NCBI GenBank assembly: GCA_048940925.1
Contig: JBHLOC010000009.1
Location: forward strand, 45,867 to 109,866
From: Promethearchaeota archaeon
GTDB lineage: Archaea > Asgardarchaeota > Lokiarchaeia > Sigyniarchaeales > SOKP01
Length of the DNA stretch: 64,000 bases
Direction: 5' to 3'
Positions 30,677 through 40,826 of the stretch are shown piece after piece. A model generated the notes under the pieces. The model was given only the letters and a program-made list of their open reading frames with translations. It was not told the DNA's origin and made no database searches. Each line of letters begins with the position of its first letter. Position 1 is the stretch's first letter. The position numbers were made by a program, and so were the translations under genes.

Positions 30677-30684
30677 TTTATATA
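30677..30684 (+). promoter_or_regulatory. Candidate TATA box for the oxidoreductase operon
   Basis: TTTATATA about 40 nt upstream of ATG 30724; the AT-rich background weakens the call. Confidence 0.35.
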
Positions 30685-30723
30685 AAATCAAACATAGAAA
30701 GATAAACTAAAAGGTTGGAAATA

Positions 30724-32240
30724 ATGAGCTATAAATTACCGGATGAAAAAGATCTGGAAGCCATGATAGGCATTGTTGGTAAGGAATACGCTTCAAATAA
30801 CAAAGCAATTACAGCATCGTACCTGGCGAAATCAGTGATGGGTTTAGAAATCAATTATCCCAAAGCGGGTAATGACTAAATAGCCAAATCCCTGATATCG
30901 TCGTTCGACCAAAATACGTTGAAGAAATTCGTAAAATTCTTGTATACTGTTCTCAAGAAAAAATAGCAGTAAGCCCTGTTTCTGGTGGATTATCTGGCGG
31001 ATTCTCGTGCCCAACAATAAAACCTGGTGGAGTTCTTCTTGATTTAGGAAGAATGAAAAGAATAATTGAAATTGATGAAGAAAATCGATTTGCAATTGTA
31101 GAACCTGGAGTAACTATTGGAGAACTGTGGGCATATATGCATAAGAATACTCCTGACTGGGCACCACCAATACCAGATGGAGCTCCACCAGCATCTACAG
31201 TTATGGGAGATGCCATTGATAGGGGGTTTTCATTATACACATCTAGTGTAGGGCCCCAGGGAGACAACTTTATGTGCGCTGAAGTTGTGTTTGCAAATGG
31301 TGACGTTTTAAGGACTGGCTCATGGGCATTACCAACTGCGAAACCATTCTATAAATATGGACTTGGTCCTGATTTATGGTCTTTTTTGATGGGTAGTCAA
31401 GGAACTATGGGCGTAATCACAAAAGTAGCTGTAAAGATTTATCCACATCCCGAATTTAAAACAGTAGTTGTGTGGGGCATGTCAAATCCTTATGATATGC
31501 AGAATCTAACATTGGAAATCCAAAAACAGGAATTTGGAATAGCACATAATGCAGTTATGGTACAAGGCGGGAATTATCCTTTAGTAATGACTCGATGGCC
31601 AAAGGATAAGGTTCCTCATGATTATAAGTTTTATGAAGAGATGGGAATCAGCCAATGGTGGATGAATTTTGAATGCTGGGCTCAAACACAAGAAGAATTA
31701 GACTATGTAATAAAAAGAATTGATGAGATGGGAAATGATTATAAAAAGAATAGAGCTAAAGACCCTGACTCAATAGTACCTCAGAAACTTCATCCAAAAC
31801 AAATAGCAAGCAGATTAAAAAAGCCAAATAAAATTGCTGTTCCGTATGGTCTATGGGATGCGGGATTTTTATTTATTACATGGTATACTCCCTGGCCAGA
31901 ATGTGCCCATTTTTGTGAAATGTATTGTGCCGCAATGGAGAAATATGGTTTTCCTCCTACGATGTGGGTTGCTTCAATTGAACGTGGTCGACAAGCAATT
32001 TGTATGCCGATTGTGTGTTTCGATAGCACAAAGCCTGAAGAATTAGAAAGAGTTCAAGAATTGAATAGAGAAACTACTGAATATGGTCTAAAGCAAGGAT
32101 GGCTTAACTACAGACCTGATCCATACATTCATATTAAAGCCTATTACCAATCAGGAATGTATTGGAAATACTTGCGAGCAATTAAAAAAATATTAGATCC
32201 AAATGGAATATTGCATCCAGGAAGACTTGCTCTTCCATAA
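30724..32240 (+). CDS. FAD-binding oxidoreductase (GlcD/VAO family), split: exon1 30724-30849 + exon2 30882-32240, 494 aa joined
   Basis: Exon1 is MSYKLPDEKDLEAMIGIVGKEYASNNKAITASYLAKSVMGLE. Exon2 is SQIPDIVVRPK...GGVLLDLGRM, running in frame into ORF 31053..32240 (VEPGVT, GPDL, GSQGTMG, DPNGILHPG). Confidence 0.88.
30850..30881 (+). other. Putative 32-nt bulge-helix-bulge mRNA intron
   Basis: Central helix TTAG(30844-47)/CTAA(30876-79); 3-nt bulges AAA(30848-50) and ATA(30880-82); stems on both sides; removal restores the frame. Confidence 0.82.
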
Positions 32241-32260
32241 TTAAAGGAGGTTGATAAATA

Positions 32261-33682
32261 TTGGCTAAAACAGGAATGGAAAGATTGGAAGAATTAAAAA
32301 AAGATATATTTAAATGTATCCATTGTAAAGCTTGTAAATTTGCCTATTCCAATGAACCTAACAGGGAAGGTATTGGAGAATATACTGGAAAGCAAGGTAC
32401 AGTTCTTTATGAAGGGATGGTAGACGCATGTCCAGCAGGAATTGAATATGGTTGGGAAGCCTTCTGGAATGCGGGTAAAATGTGGATTGCACGTTCGATT
32501 TTAAATGGAGATTTAGAATTTAGTGAAGAAGTTCGAGATGTCATTTTACCATGTATTACATGTGGTCAATGTTCCGCTCAATGTGAAAATAAAGTTCGTA
32601 CCGTTGATATAATTGAATCTTTAAGAGCAGCGTGTATAGAATCTGGGGTACCTATGATTGAGAAGCATCAATTAGTAGATAGATTGGTTAAAGAATTGAA
32701 CAATCCCTATGGAGGAAAAGCCGAGGAACGATTTAAATGGGCTAAAGATGCAGGTTTAGAAAAATACATTGATAACAAAGATGCAAAAATTGCTTATTAT
32801 GTAGGCTGTACTGCCAGTTATCGTCAAGTAGAAGTTGCTATTGCAACTGCTAAACTTTTTGAGCAATTAGGAATGAATTTTACTATTATAACTGATGAGG
32901 TATGTTGTGGAAGTCCTTTTTTTAGAATAGGGGCGGTTGAAACTGCACAGGAATTAATGAAGAAAAATCTTGAATCATTTAAAAATATAAAAATGATATA
33001 TTTTTCTTGTGCTGGGTGTTATCGAACGTTTACCATCGATTACCCTAAATGGATGGTTGAAGGAGAAAAGCTTCCTTTTAAAACACAGCACGCATTTGAA
33101 CTTGTTGCGAGACTAATCCAGCAAGAAAAAATAAAATTCAAACCAAACAAGGAATTGAAAGGAAAGGTCGTTACATATCATGATCCTTGTCACACTGGAA
33201 GACATTTCGCAGTGGACATGGAACAAGATATAATCGAAAAATCGGAGAATCTTTTGATGGACCATCGAAAAATAAGGGAGGCAATTGAAGCTTGGTATGA
33301 AGTTCCACGGATTATTCTTAGAAAACTTGAAGAAGATGTAGGAATTATTTTCAAAGAGATGTATCGTATAAAATTGGATAGTATGTGTTGTGGAGCTGGT
33401 GGAGGTGTTCGCGCGGGATATCCCGATTTTTCACTACGCACCGCAAGTCTTCGGTGCGATGAAGCAAATGCGGTTGGTGCGGATATCTTAACGACTGAGT
33501 GCCCATTTTGTTGGAGAAATTTATCAGATGCGAATGATCTGTATAATCACGGCATGATTGTTATGGGAGTTCTTCAGATGATTACAGAATATAATCTGTT
33601 GGATATTGTAGTAAAGCCTACAGAAAAAGATTTTATGATTCCATCTATTCGAGAAGAGATGGAAGAAAAACCAAAAAAATGA
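32261..33682 (+). CDS. Fe-S oxidoreductase, GlcF/GlpC/HdrD family
   Basis: CIHCKAC, CITCGQCSAQC, two CCG domains, YHDPCH; GGAGG RBS upstream. Confidence 0.9.
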   Translation: MAKTGMERLEELKKDIFKCIHCKACKFAYSNEPNREGIGEYTGKQGTVLYEGMVDACPAGIEYGWEAFWNAGKMWIARSILNGDLEFSEEVRDVILPCITCGQCSAQCENKVRTVDIIESLRAACIESGVPMIEKHQLVDRLVKELNNPYGGKAEERFKWAKDAGLEKYIDNKDAKIAYYVGCTASYRQVEVAIATAKLFEQLGMNFTIITDEVCCGSPFFRIGAVETAQELMKKNLESFKNIKMIYFSCAGCYRTFTIDYPKWMVEGEKLPFKTQHAFELVARLIQQEKIKFKPNKELKGKVVTYHDPCHTGRHFAVDMEQDIIEKSENLLMDHRKIREAIEAWYEVPRIILRKLEEDVGIIFKEMYRIKLDSMCCGAGGGVRAGYPDFSLRTASLRCDEANAVGADILTTECPFCWRNLSDANDLYNHGMIVMGVLQMITEYNLLDIVVKPTEKDFMIPSIREEMEEKPKK

Positions 33683-33913
33683 GTGAACAGCTCATCTAAT
33701 TTTTATTTCTTTTTTTATATTTATATTTTTACATATACATTAATTTATTGACTAAATTGTTACAATAAATTAAGTTAATTTAGTAGCATTTATGAAACTT
33801 TATTAAAAATTTAATTTTTTATTAAATTCCTTTTAATTATAATTGATATTTTTAAAAATTTGATTACCTTAAATAAAATTTAGTTTAAAAATTTTCTACT
33901 TTAATGTGATTTT

Positions 33914-35410
33914 ATGAAAAAAAAAAAAGTAATTCCAATTATAGCGTTAGTGATTATTGCTGCCTTAGTTATTACTTTAGTCATACTTTTTATTCCATTT
34001 GGAGGACCCCCTACACCAAGTGCTAGAAAAGCAATTATAGTCAGTAGTGCGAACGATTTTCAAAAAAGTGAGGGGGAAGATGATTTCAATGATAGTGATG
34101 ATGCAAATTTTAGTGCTGAATCAGGAAGATGGATTGAGAATGCCACTAATGGATATATAGGACAGGATAATGATCTTGGTCCTGATGGTAATCCAGGTAT
34201 TGTAAAATTAATTGCTAATGTTTTCCCAGATCCAACTGGTTATACCCACATTGAATATGTATATAATTGGACAAAATATTATCCAATTTACACATATGCT
34301 ATATACAATCTTTCTGCTTGGGTGAAAATATTAAATCAAACGGGAAATGCAACCTATATAGGTTCACCAGGAGCTAGAATAGGATTACGATGGTTAAATT
34401 CCAATAATAGTATAATAAGAACGGATTGGTCTAAAGGAATAATTGATACGGAAGGAACATGGGTATATTTAAATATTACAGGTATATGTGATGGTTCTAC
34501 TATCAATAAAATAACTCAGCTGCATTTAGTTTTAGCTTTTGAGGGTAATGTAAGTCAAGGTGATATGGTGTGGTATGATGATGTGAGAGTTGAGCGATGG
34601 ATTTCGGTTAATGTAACAAATCCTATAAATCCGATTCCTCCTCCAGGTAGCATAGATTCAGATGGATTTCCTGCACAAGCCCTCCAAGTTTATTGGATCT
34701 TGAAGCATCACGGGTATTCCGATAAGAATATATTTTTAATGTTGTATCATAAAAATGATAATATAATTGATATAAATGCGAAAGATGGTATAACAAACGA
34801 TTTAACAGGGGCTATTATTGATGTGGAGAATGACGATGTTAAAGCTAGTAGATTCAAACAAGAATTAAATGTTTCAATCAAGGGGTCATTTGCTTCCAGT
34901 ATCAAGGCAAAAGATCAATTGATAATTTATGTGGTAGATCATGGATCGAATAAGATAGCTGGTGAGGGTAATGCTACCTTTCATTTTGAAGCAGATGATA
35001 GTTACATCACTGAAACAGAATTTTATAATTTAGTCAAAGAAATTGATTGTGAACGTATGCTGATTAATATTGATATCTGTTTCAGTGGTAATTTTTTAAA
35101 TATAAATTCAAACATAGGACAAAGTTGGTATGATATACCTAATTCAATTCTCATCACTTCAACTACAGATATTTTCTCTTGGTATTGGCGTGATAATAGT
35201 AATCCTGATGGTTTTGCAGGTTCTTGGTTCTTTCATACATTTTGGGATCAATTAAATCAGAGTGAATCGATACAGGAGGCATTTGATTATGCTAAGAATT
35301 ATATTCCCGCAAGACAAAAGATTCCTATTATTCAAATACAAAGCCCTTTAATAAAAGATAATTTAGGAATTAAAGACTCTTGGAGTTTTAGTAGCATTCC
35401 TCAATTGTAG
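33914..35410 (+). CDS. Membrane-anchored clan CD (C13 legumain/GPI8-like) cysteine peptidase with inserted CBM-like domain
   Basis: N-terminal TM; YWILKHHGYSDKNIFLM; catalytic-type VVDHG and IDICFSG; jelly-roll insert (YNLSAWVK...VWYDDVRV). Confidence 0.72.
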   Translation: MKKKKVIPIIALVIIAALVITLVILFIPFGGPPTPSARKAIIVSSANDFQKSEGEDDFNDSDDANFSAESGRWIENATNGYIGQDNDLGPDGNPGIVKLIANVFPDPTGYTHIEYVYNWTKYYPIYTYAIYNLSAWVKILNQTGNATYIGSPGARIGLRWLNSNNSIIRTDWSKGIIDTEGTWVYLNITGICDGSTINKITQLHLVLAFEGNVSQGDMVWYDDVRVERWISVNVTNPINPIPPPGSIDSDGFPAQALQVYWILKHHGYSDKNIFLMLYHKNDNIIDINAKDGITNDLTGAIIDVENDDVKASRFKQELNVSIKGSFASSIKAKDQLIIYVVDHGSNKIAGEGNATFHFEADDSYITETEFYNLVKEIDCERMLINIDICFSGNFLNINSNIGQSWYDIPNSILITSTTDIFSWYWRDNSNPDGFAGSWFFHTFWDQLNQSESIQEAFDYAKNYIPARQKIPIIQIQSPLIKDNLGIKDSWSFSSIPQL

Positions 35411-35589
35411 ATCTAAATTTCATAATTATATATATTTATTATATATTTTTTATGAGATCTGAGAGATCAACGGGAAAATCAAATTAGATATTTTTTTGGT
35501 TTTTTAATAATTCTCATTTTTCTGTAACTTAAGTTTAAATTATACTTAGAATTAATTTTTAATTAAGTCTATACGATTAACGGATAAAA

Positions 35590-36207
35590 TTGAAGATAGT
35601 GCTTGAAAAGAATAAATTCTTCATATTTTCATTAATTTTCTTTTTAATAGCTCTTAATAGCTTATTTCTAATAGAGCAAAAACCATTTATATCAATTTCA
35701 AACACTAAAATCGAACATAAAAATATTCAAAAAATAAAAAATTCTGCTAATAATGATTCAGTTGCCCCTGTAATTACATTTATTCAACCTTCAGAAAATG
35801 AGTCGATAATTAAGAAAAATTTCATCGAGATCGTCGTCAATATATCCGATGACAATCCACCTGAATCTGGTAATGTTATTGTTCAAATTTCGAACATAAC
35901 TACCCCATTATTTAATGCAACTATGGCTATAGAAGGAGACGGAATTTGGTTTTTTAATTGGAATAATATTTCTTCTTATCCTAATTACGAGGTCTACAAA
36001 ATAGAAGTTTGGGCTAAGGATTCATCACTTAATAGTAATACTAATTGGACTAAAGCATATTATGTTATTATGAATCGACCCGAAAAATTAACTCCAAATA
36101 TATTAAGTGTAGCAATCTATATTTTTTTTGTTTGCATAATTTTCGCTCTCATTTTTGTTTACTTTAGAAGAAAAAGTGCCTTTATCAGAACTACAGAAAA
36201 AAAATAA
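35590..36207 (+). CDS. Ig-like domain surface protein with N- and C-terminal TM
   Basis: DSVAPVITFIQP...YKIEVWAKDSSLN; C-terminal TM followed by RRK. Confidence 0.7.
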   Translation: MKIVLEKNKFFIFSLIFFLIALNSLFLIEQKPFISISNTKIEHKNIQKIKNSANNDSVAPVITFIQPSENESIIKKNFIEIVVNISDDNPPESGNVIVQISNITTPLFNATMAIEGDGIWFFNWNNISSYPNYEVYKIEVWAKDSSLNSNTNWTKAYYVIMNRPEKLTPNILSVAIYIFFVCIIFALIFVYFRRKSAFIRTTEKK

Positions 36208-36418
36208 TTCTTTAACTCATACTTTTATTGAAGAAATTGAATCTTAATTTAAAAGATAATGTTCATAAAGAGATTTAAAAGTTAAGTAGAAAATAAAGAA
36301 ATTTTAATTTCGACAAAATAGTTTGATCTTTTTATTTTTTATCCAAAAAAAATATATGTTAAAATTTTCATTATTTACAAAATAATAAAAAATCACTGCT
36401 TCTGGGGTTTAGAATAGA

Positions 36419-39400
36419 TTGGCTAATGTGCAACAGAAATCTGCTTATCCATATATTACTGAATTCAAAAAAGAACCTTTCATTTCTTTTATTTTTATCA
36501 AACAAAAAGATATTGGGAACATTTATTTAAGTAACTATAATGAACTAATTAAGTTCTACGAATTTTTTAAGGATAACTTATTAAGTGCTTCAAATTTAAC
36601 ACTAGAAAATATTTTTTGGTTTTTATTATTAAAAAAATATCTCAAAAATAAAAAGAAGATAAAGAAGGATGCAATTTTTAATTTCATTAAGAAATGCGAA
36701 ATTCATCAAAATGAAAGATTAGGCTTTAAACTATCTTCTAATATACAAAAAATCCCTGATATCTACTCAACATATTTAGCATTAGCGTGTTTGAAAAATT
36801 TGGGATTTTTAGAAGAGTATTTGTCCTCTGAAAATATTAAGTCAGATATTAAAAACTTTATTTTATCACATGAAAAGAAAAATGCTTTTAAGCACTGTCA
36901 TAATGAGCAATGTGCTATATGTAAAAAAATCTCGCCTGCAAGAACCTTATTTTTTGTACTTGAAATTTTCACACTTATAGGAATTGATGTGCGTTTAAAA
37001 AGAGATCAATTTATGGCGTTTTTTAATGATAATAGTAAAAAAGGTTATGGTTTGATTTTTAAATTACTTTGCCAAAAATATTTAGATTTAGATTCTGAGG
37101 TTAAGGAAAAGGAAGTCCAATATCTTTATCAATTTCAAAATGAAAGTGGTGGTTTTAGTTTAAATCATCTTGGAGTTATTAATGACACTTTTTGGATTGT
37201 ATATGTTCTTAACTTATATTCATGGTTTTTGGATTATAATCCTGCTGGAATATTTCCCTTTATCAATAATAAATTAAATGAGATTCTGATGAGTCAACCA
37301 AATTGGAATGCTTTCAAATTAAATGATGTATCAAAGTTAATAATTCTTTTATCATTTATTTGGAAAAAGTTTATTGACTCCGTAGAAAGAACATTATTTA
37401 AGCAAATTGAGAAGGATAAATATATTGATTTAATTCAATTAAAAACTACTTTTGGTTTATTTAACGATGTTGAAGATATTTTATCATATATTAATCTTAA
37501 CTATAATTTTAAATTAAGAATTTTAGATAATAAAATCGAATTTAATAATTTTCTAAGAAATTTAAGTCAAGGAAGACAAGAATTCATTAAAGAATTTTAT
37601 GATCAAATTAATAAAAATAGTGTTGTTTCTCTTTCTGCGCTTCATAAGAAATATAAAACTTTAAACTATGAACCATTAAAACTGAGAGAAAATATCTTTC
37701 CTATTATTAAAGAAATGGTCAGGAGAAATTTTTTCAAAGGAAATATTAAAGCTAAGAAAAAATTTTTATCAAAAACAAGATTTCTTTTTTATTTGGATTA
37801 TATGTTAAAAAAAATAATCGTTTGTGACTCTGAGATTAATACTGAGAGAATTTTAGATGAAAAAGAGAAATTAACTGATATTAAGAATGATATCTACAAT
37901 ATGACTTTAAAATTGAAAAAAATTGATCTTCAAATAAAAGAAGAAATTGAGAGTTATCTTTTGATTAATGAATTTGACTACTCTAAACAAAGATTAAAAT
38001 TTATTATAAGAGATGCTTTAATGGAAGCTGATTTTTTAAATGAAAATATTGAAAATTCTTTTAATGAAATTTTATATTATATCAACTTTCAAGCAGTATT
38101 AAAGTCAGAGATTGCAGAATGGGAGCAGATTTATTCTATCTTACCAAAGAAGTTAGGAGAAATTGAAGCATATCTAAAAGGGAAAATACAAGAAAAAGAA
38201 GAGCTAAGAAATTTAAGTGTTGTTTTAGATAACTTAAAGGAAAAAATTATAATATTAGAAGAAGATTTAAATAAAAAGTTTGATATTTTTAGAAACATCT
38301 TTAGGGAAGTCTTAGAAAAAGAGTATAGTGATAAGAATTTTAATCTTATTATTAAAGAATTAGAAATATTAACTCAAAAAGTTAGAAAATATGATAGCTT
38401 AATTTATAAAGTCTCTCAACAAATAAAATCAAAAGAAAGGAAAATTGTTAAAAAACATAAGAAAGTAATTAATAACTGGATAAAAGTTAAAGAAAAATTC
38501 GAAAATGAGTTCAATTTTTACACAGATGGTTTTCAATTTTTTAATAAAAAATTAAATGAAATTAAAGATATAAAAGAAAGAGTTAATACTCATATTTCTG
38601 AAATTGGTGAAAATGCTAAAGTTAAAATTGATTCAAATCAATTTCAAGAAGCGTTTGGTTTTATTAAAAAAGAATCTGATTTATTATTAACTGAAAAAAT
38701 AAATGAAATTAAAGATCTTCATGGTATAATTAAAAATGAGATAAAGCAAAATCAAAAGCTCTTTATATTATATAAGCATTTACATGAAAAACTCAATGAT
38801 TTAGAGTCTTATATAATTGATTTGATTGCAAAACAGGTTCAAACCCTTAAGAATAAAGTCATAGAGGAGAGAAATAGAACTAAAATAGAGGTTTTTGATA
38901 ATTTAGCAAAACAAGAAATTCTCAAATTTAAATCCAAATTGACAGAGATCAGAAATTATTTTAACCAAATAGATGATTTAAAGATTGAGATTGTAATAAA
39001 AGAATGTGACTCTTTAAATTCAGATTTTGAAAAAGCTAGTAAATTATATTTGAAAAAATTAAGTGAATGTCAAAAAGAAATCGAAGATTTTGACGAGAAA
39101 TCAAAATTAACTATTATGCAATGGGAAAAATTTACTATTTTTTTTAATAATGAAATTTTGGTCTTGAAAGAAGATTTTATAAATAATATCATTGCAAACA
39201 AAGTTAGTTCCATGGTAATTGAGAAAAAAACGGATTGTATTGATCTTCTTGACCTTAAGAAGGAGTTAAAACTTTCATGTAAAGTATTGATTAATAAATT
39301 AAAAGATATTATTGATATTTCAAAAATAAATGCAAAACTTGATGAAGACGATAAATCACTCTTGGTTTTTACTGATTTCTATTACTCAAATAAAGAACTT

Positions 39401-40819
39401 AGGAATTACATTGATAATAATTTATTGAAGTTAAATAGAGAAAGAATTGGGAAGATTTTAGCGCTTTATGATTCAAGTATTAGAAATAGAACATTAAATA
39501 CAAACATGCTTGAACTTCAAAATCGAATTAAAGATTTACAGATATTTAAAGAAATTATTCCGAAACAATTTTATGATAAATTGGAAGAATTAGGAATAGA
39601 TAAAGAAAGAAAAGAATTTATTGATACAAAAAAATACTTTGATTTTACTTTAGAAAATGATGAATTAGCGATTAAATCCATAAAAAACAACTTAGATCTT
39701 TTTAATAATATGCAAAATTACATCGAAAAAAAATATAATTCGCTTAGAGTTGAATTAAAAGAATTCTTAAACAAATTTCAAAAGGAATCTGAAAGAACAG
39801 ATTCCTTTTTTGAGGTGGAAAAGAAACTTAAAAATAGGAAAGAATATTTTAAAGAGAAATTAAACCAATCAAAAGGTGTTATTGAGGAGGAAATTAAAAA
39901 GTTATCCAATAAGACTAATGAATCAGAAAAATTAATTCCTGAAATTAGAGAATTTTTTGTTAAAAGAAAAAACACTTTCTTAAATGAATATAACAATAAA
40001 ATTGAAAATGTTAATGAGCAATTTGAGCTTTTAAGAAATGAATCTTTCCGTGAGAAATTATTAGTATTTATTAATAATAAAAAAATTCATTTAAGCCAAT
40101 TACTCGGTAATTTAGAAAGAAAAGTTGAAGATAACATCGAAATTAAGGAATTTAAAAAAATCAATGTGATAATTCAAAATAGAGCAAAAAACATTGAAAT
40201 GGAGATAAAAGAAATAAATAGATCTGCGAAGGATAAGATTAAAGAATTTAACAGACAATCTAAAAACTTTAGTCAAATCTCTAAATTTATTTTAGAAGAT
40301 TTTGATAAATTTGTAAATGAATATACAGAAATTCTAAATGAAAAAGTTAAATCATTGGAAAGATTGTTTCTAAAAGCCTATATTGAAATGGCAATCAAAG
40401 CAGTAGCAAATGAATACTTAACTATTGGATTTCTAAATAATGAATTAAAGATTAAGAAGCAAAATATCCAAGATCATTTATTGTATTTAATAAGTGAAGG
40501 AGATTTGAATGGAAAATATGATCCTCGATTTGGGATTTATTATGAAAATCCAGAAGTTCTAAGTGATTTAGATGAAAAAGAACTTGAAGTGATTAAAAAT
40601 ACCAATTTTAAAGTCTATATGGCTCTTAATCGCTTAAAGAACTTCACCAGCCAATATTACACCATAATTGCATTTTTCACTTCTATAATAACAATAGCAT
40701 ATTATCTATTCCTTTTAAGTGGAGGAAATCCTGCTGTACTTGCCTTTCCAATAATATTGACAATTTTTGTAGTAGGTTATTACTTATTTAAAAAAAGAAA
40801 AGAAGAGAAAGTAAAGTAA
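36419..40819 (+). CDS. Large protein: prenyltransferase-like barrel, coiled coils, PCI/winged-helix domains, two C-terminal TM
   Basis: PDIYSTYLALACL and FQNESGGF repeats; PCI-like YLTIGFLNNELKI...LISEGDLNGKYDPRFGIYY; long K/E-rich heptads. Confidence 0.7.
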   Translation: MANVQQKSAYPYITEFKKEPFISFIFIKQKDIGNIYLSNYNELIKFYEFFKDNLLSASNLTLENIFWFLLLKKYLKNKKKIKKDAIFNFIKKCEIHQNERLGFKLSSNIQKIPDIYSTYLALACLKNLGFLEEYLSSENIKSDIKNFILSHEKKNAFKHCHNEQCAICKKISPARTLFFVLEIFTLIGIDVRLKRDQFMAFFNDNSKKGYGLIFKLLCQKYLDLDSEVKEKEVQYLYQFQNESGGFSLNHLGVINDTFWIVYVLNLYSWFLDYNPAGIFPFINNKLNEILMSQPNWNAFKLNDVSKLIILLSFIWKKFIDSVERTLFKQIEKDKYIDLIQLKTTFGLFNDVEDILSYINLNYNFKLRILDNKIEFNNFLRNLSQGRQEFIKEFYDQINKNSVVSLSALHKKYKTLNYEPLKLRENIFPIIKEMVRRNFFKGNIKAKKKFLSKTRFLFYLDYMLKKIIVCDSEINTERILDEKEKLTDIKNDIYNMTLKLKKIDLQIKEEIESYLLINEFDYSKQRLKFIIRDALMEADFLNENIENSFNEILYYINFQAVLKSEIAEWEQIYSILPKKLGEIEAYLKGKIQEKEELRNLSVVLDNLKEKIIILEEDLNKKFDIFRNIFREVLEKEYSDKNFNLIIKELEILTQKVRKYDSLIYKVSQQIKSKERKIVKKHKKVINNWIKVKEKFENEFNFYTDGFQFFNKKLNEIKDIKERVNTHISEIGENAKVKIDSNQFQEAFGFIKKESDLLLTEKINEIKDLHGIIKNEIKQNQKLFILYKHLHEKLNDLESYIIDLIAKQVQTLKNKVIEERNRTKIEVFDNLAKQEILKFKSKLTEIRNYFNQIDDLKIEIVIKECDSLNSDFEKASKLYLKKLSECQKEIEDFDEKSKLTIMQWEKFTIFFNNEILVLKEDFINNIIANKVSSMVIEKKTDCIDLLDLKKELKLSCKVLINKLKDIIDISKINAKLDEDDKSLLVFTDFYYSNKELRNYIDNNLLKLNRERIGKILALYDSSIRNRTLNTNMLELQNRIKDLQIFKEIIPKQFYDKLEELGIDKERKEFIDTKKYFDFTLENDELAIKSIKNNLDLFNNMQNYIEKKYNSLRVELKEFLNKFQKESERTDSFFEVEKKLKNRKEYFKEKLNQSKGVIEEEIKKLSNKTNESEKLIPEIREFFVKRKNTFLNEYNNKIENVNEQFELLRNESFREKLLVFINNKKIHLSQLLGNLERKVEDNIEIKEFKKINVIIQNRAKNIEMEIKEINRSAKDKIKEFNRQSKNFSQISKFILEDFDKFVNEYTEILNEKVKSLERLFLKAYIEMAIKAVANEYLTIGFLNNELKIKKQNIQDHLLYLISEGDLNGKYDPRFGIYYENPEVLSDLDEKELEVIKNTNFKVYMALNRLKNFTSQYYTIIAFFTSIITIAYYLFLLSGGNPAVLAFPIILTIFVVGYYLFKKRKEEKVK

Positions 40820-40826
40820 ACTCATA

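Noticed and set aside
30850-30881. Ribosomal frameshift, MITE or SECIS as an explanation of the insert
   Set aside because: There is no target-site duplication, no clear slippery site and no in-frame TGA. The BHB cut sites coincide exactly with the frame-restoring boundaries.
31053-32240. ORF-track start at ATG 31053
   Set aside because: It omits the N-terminal FAD-binding region, which is encoded at 30724-31052 across the insert.
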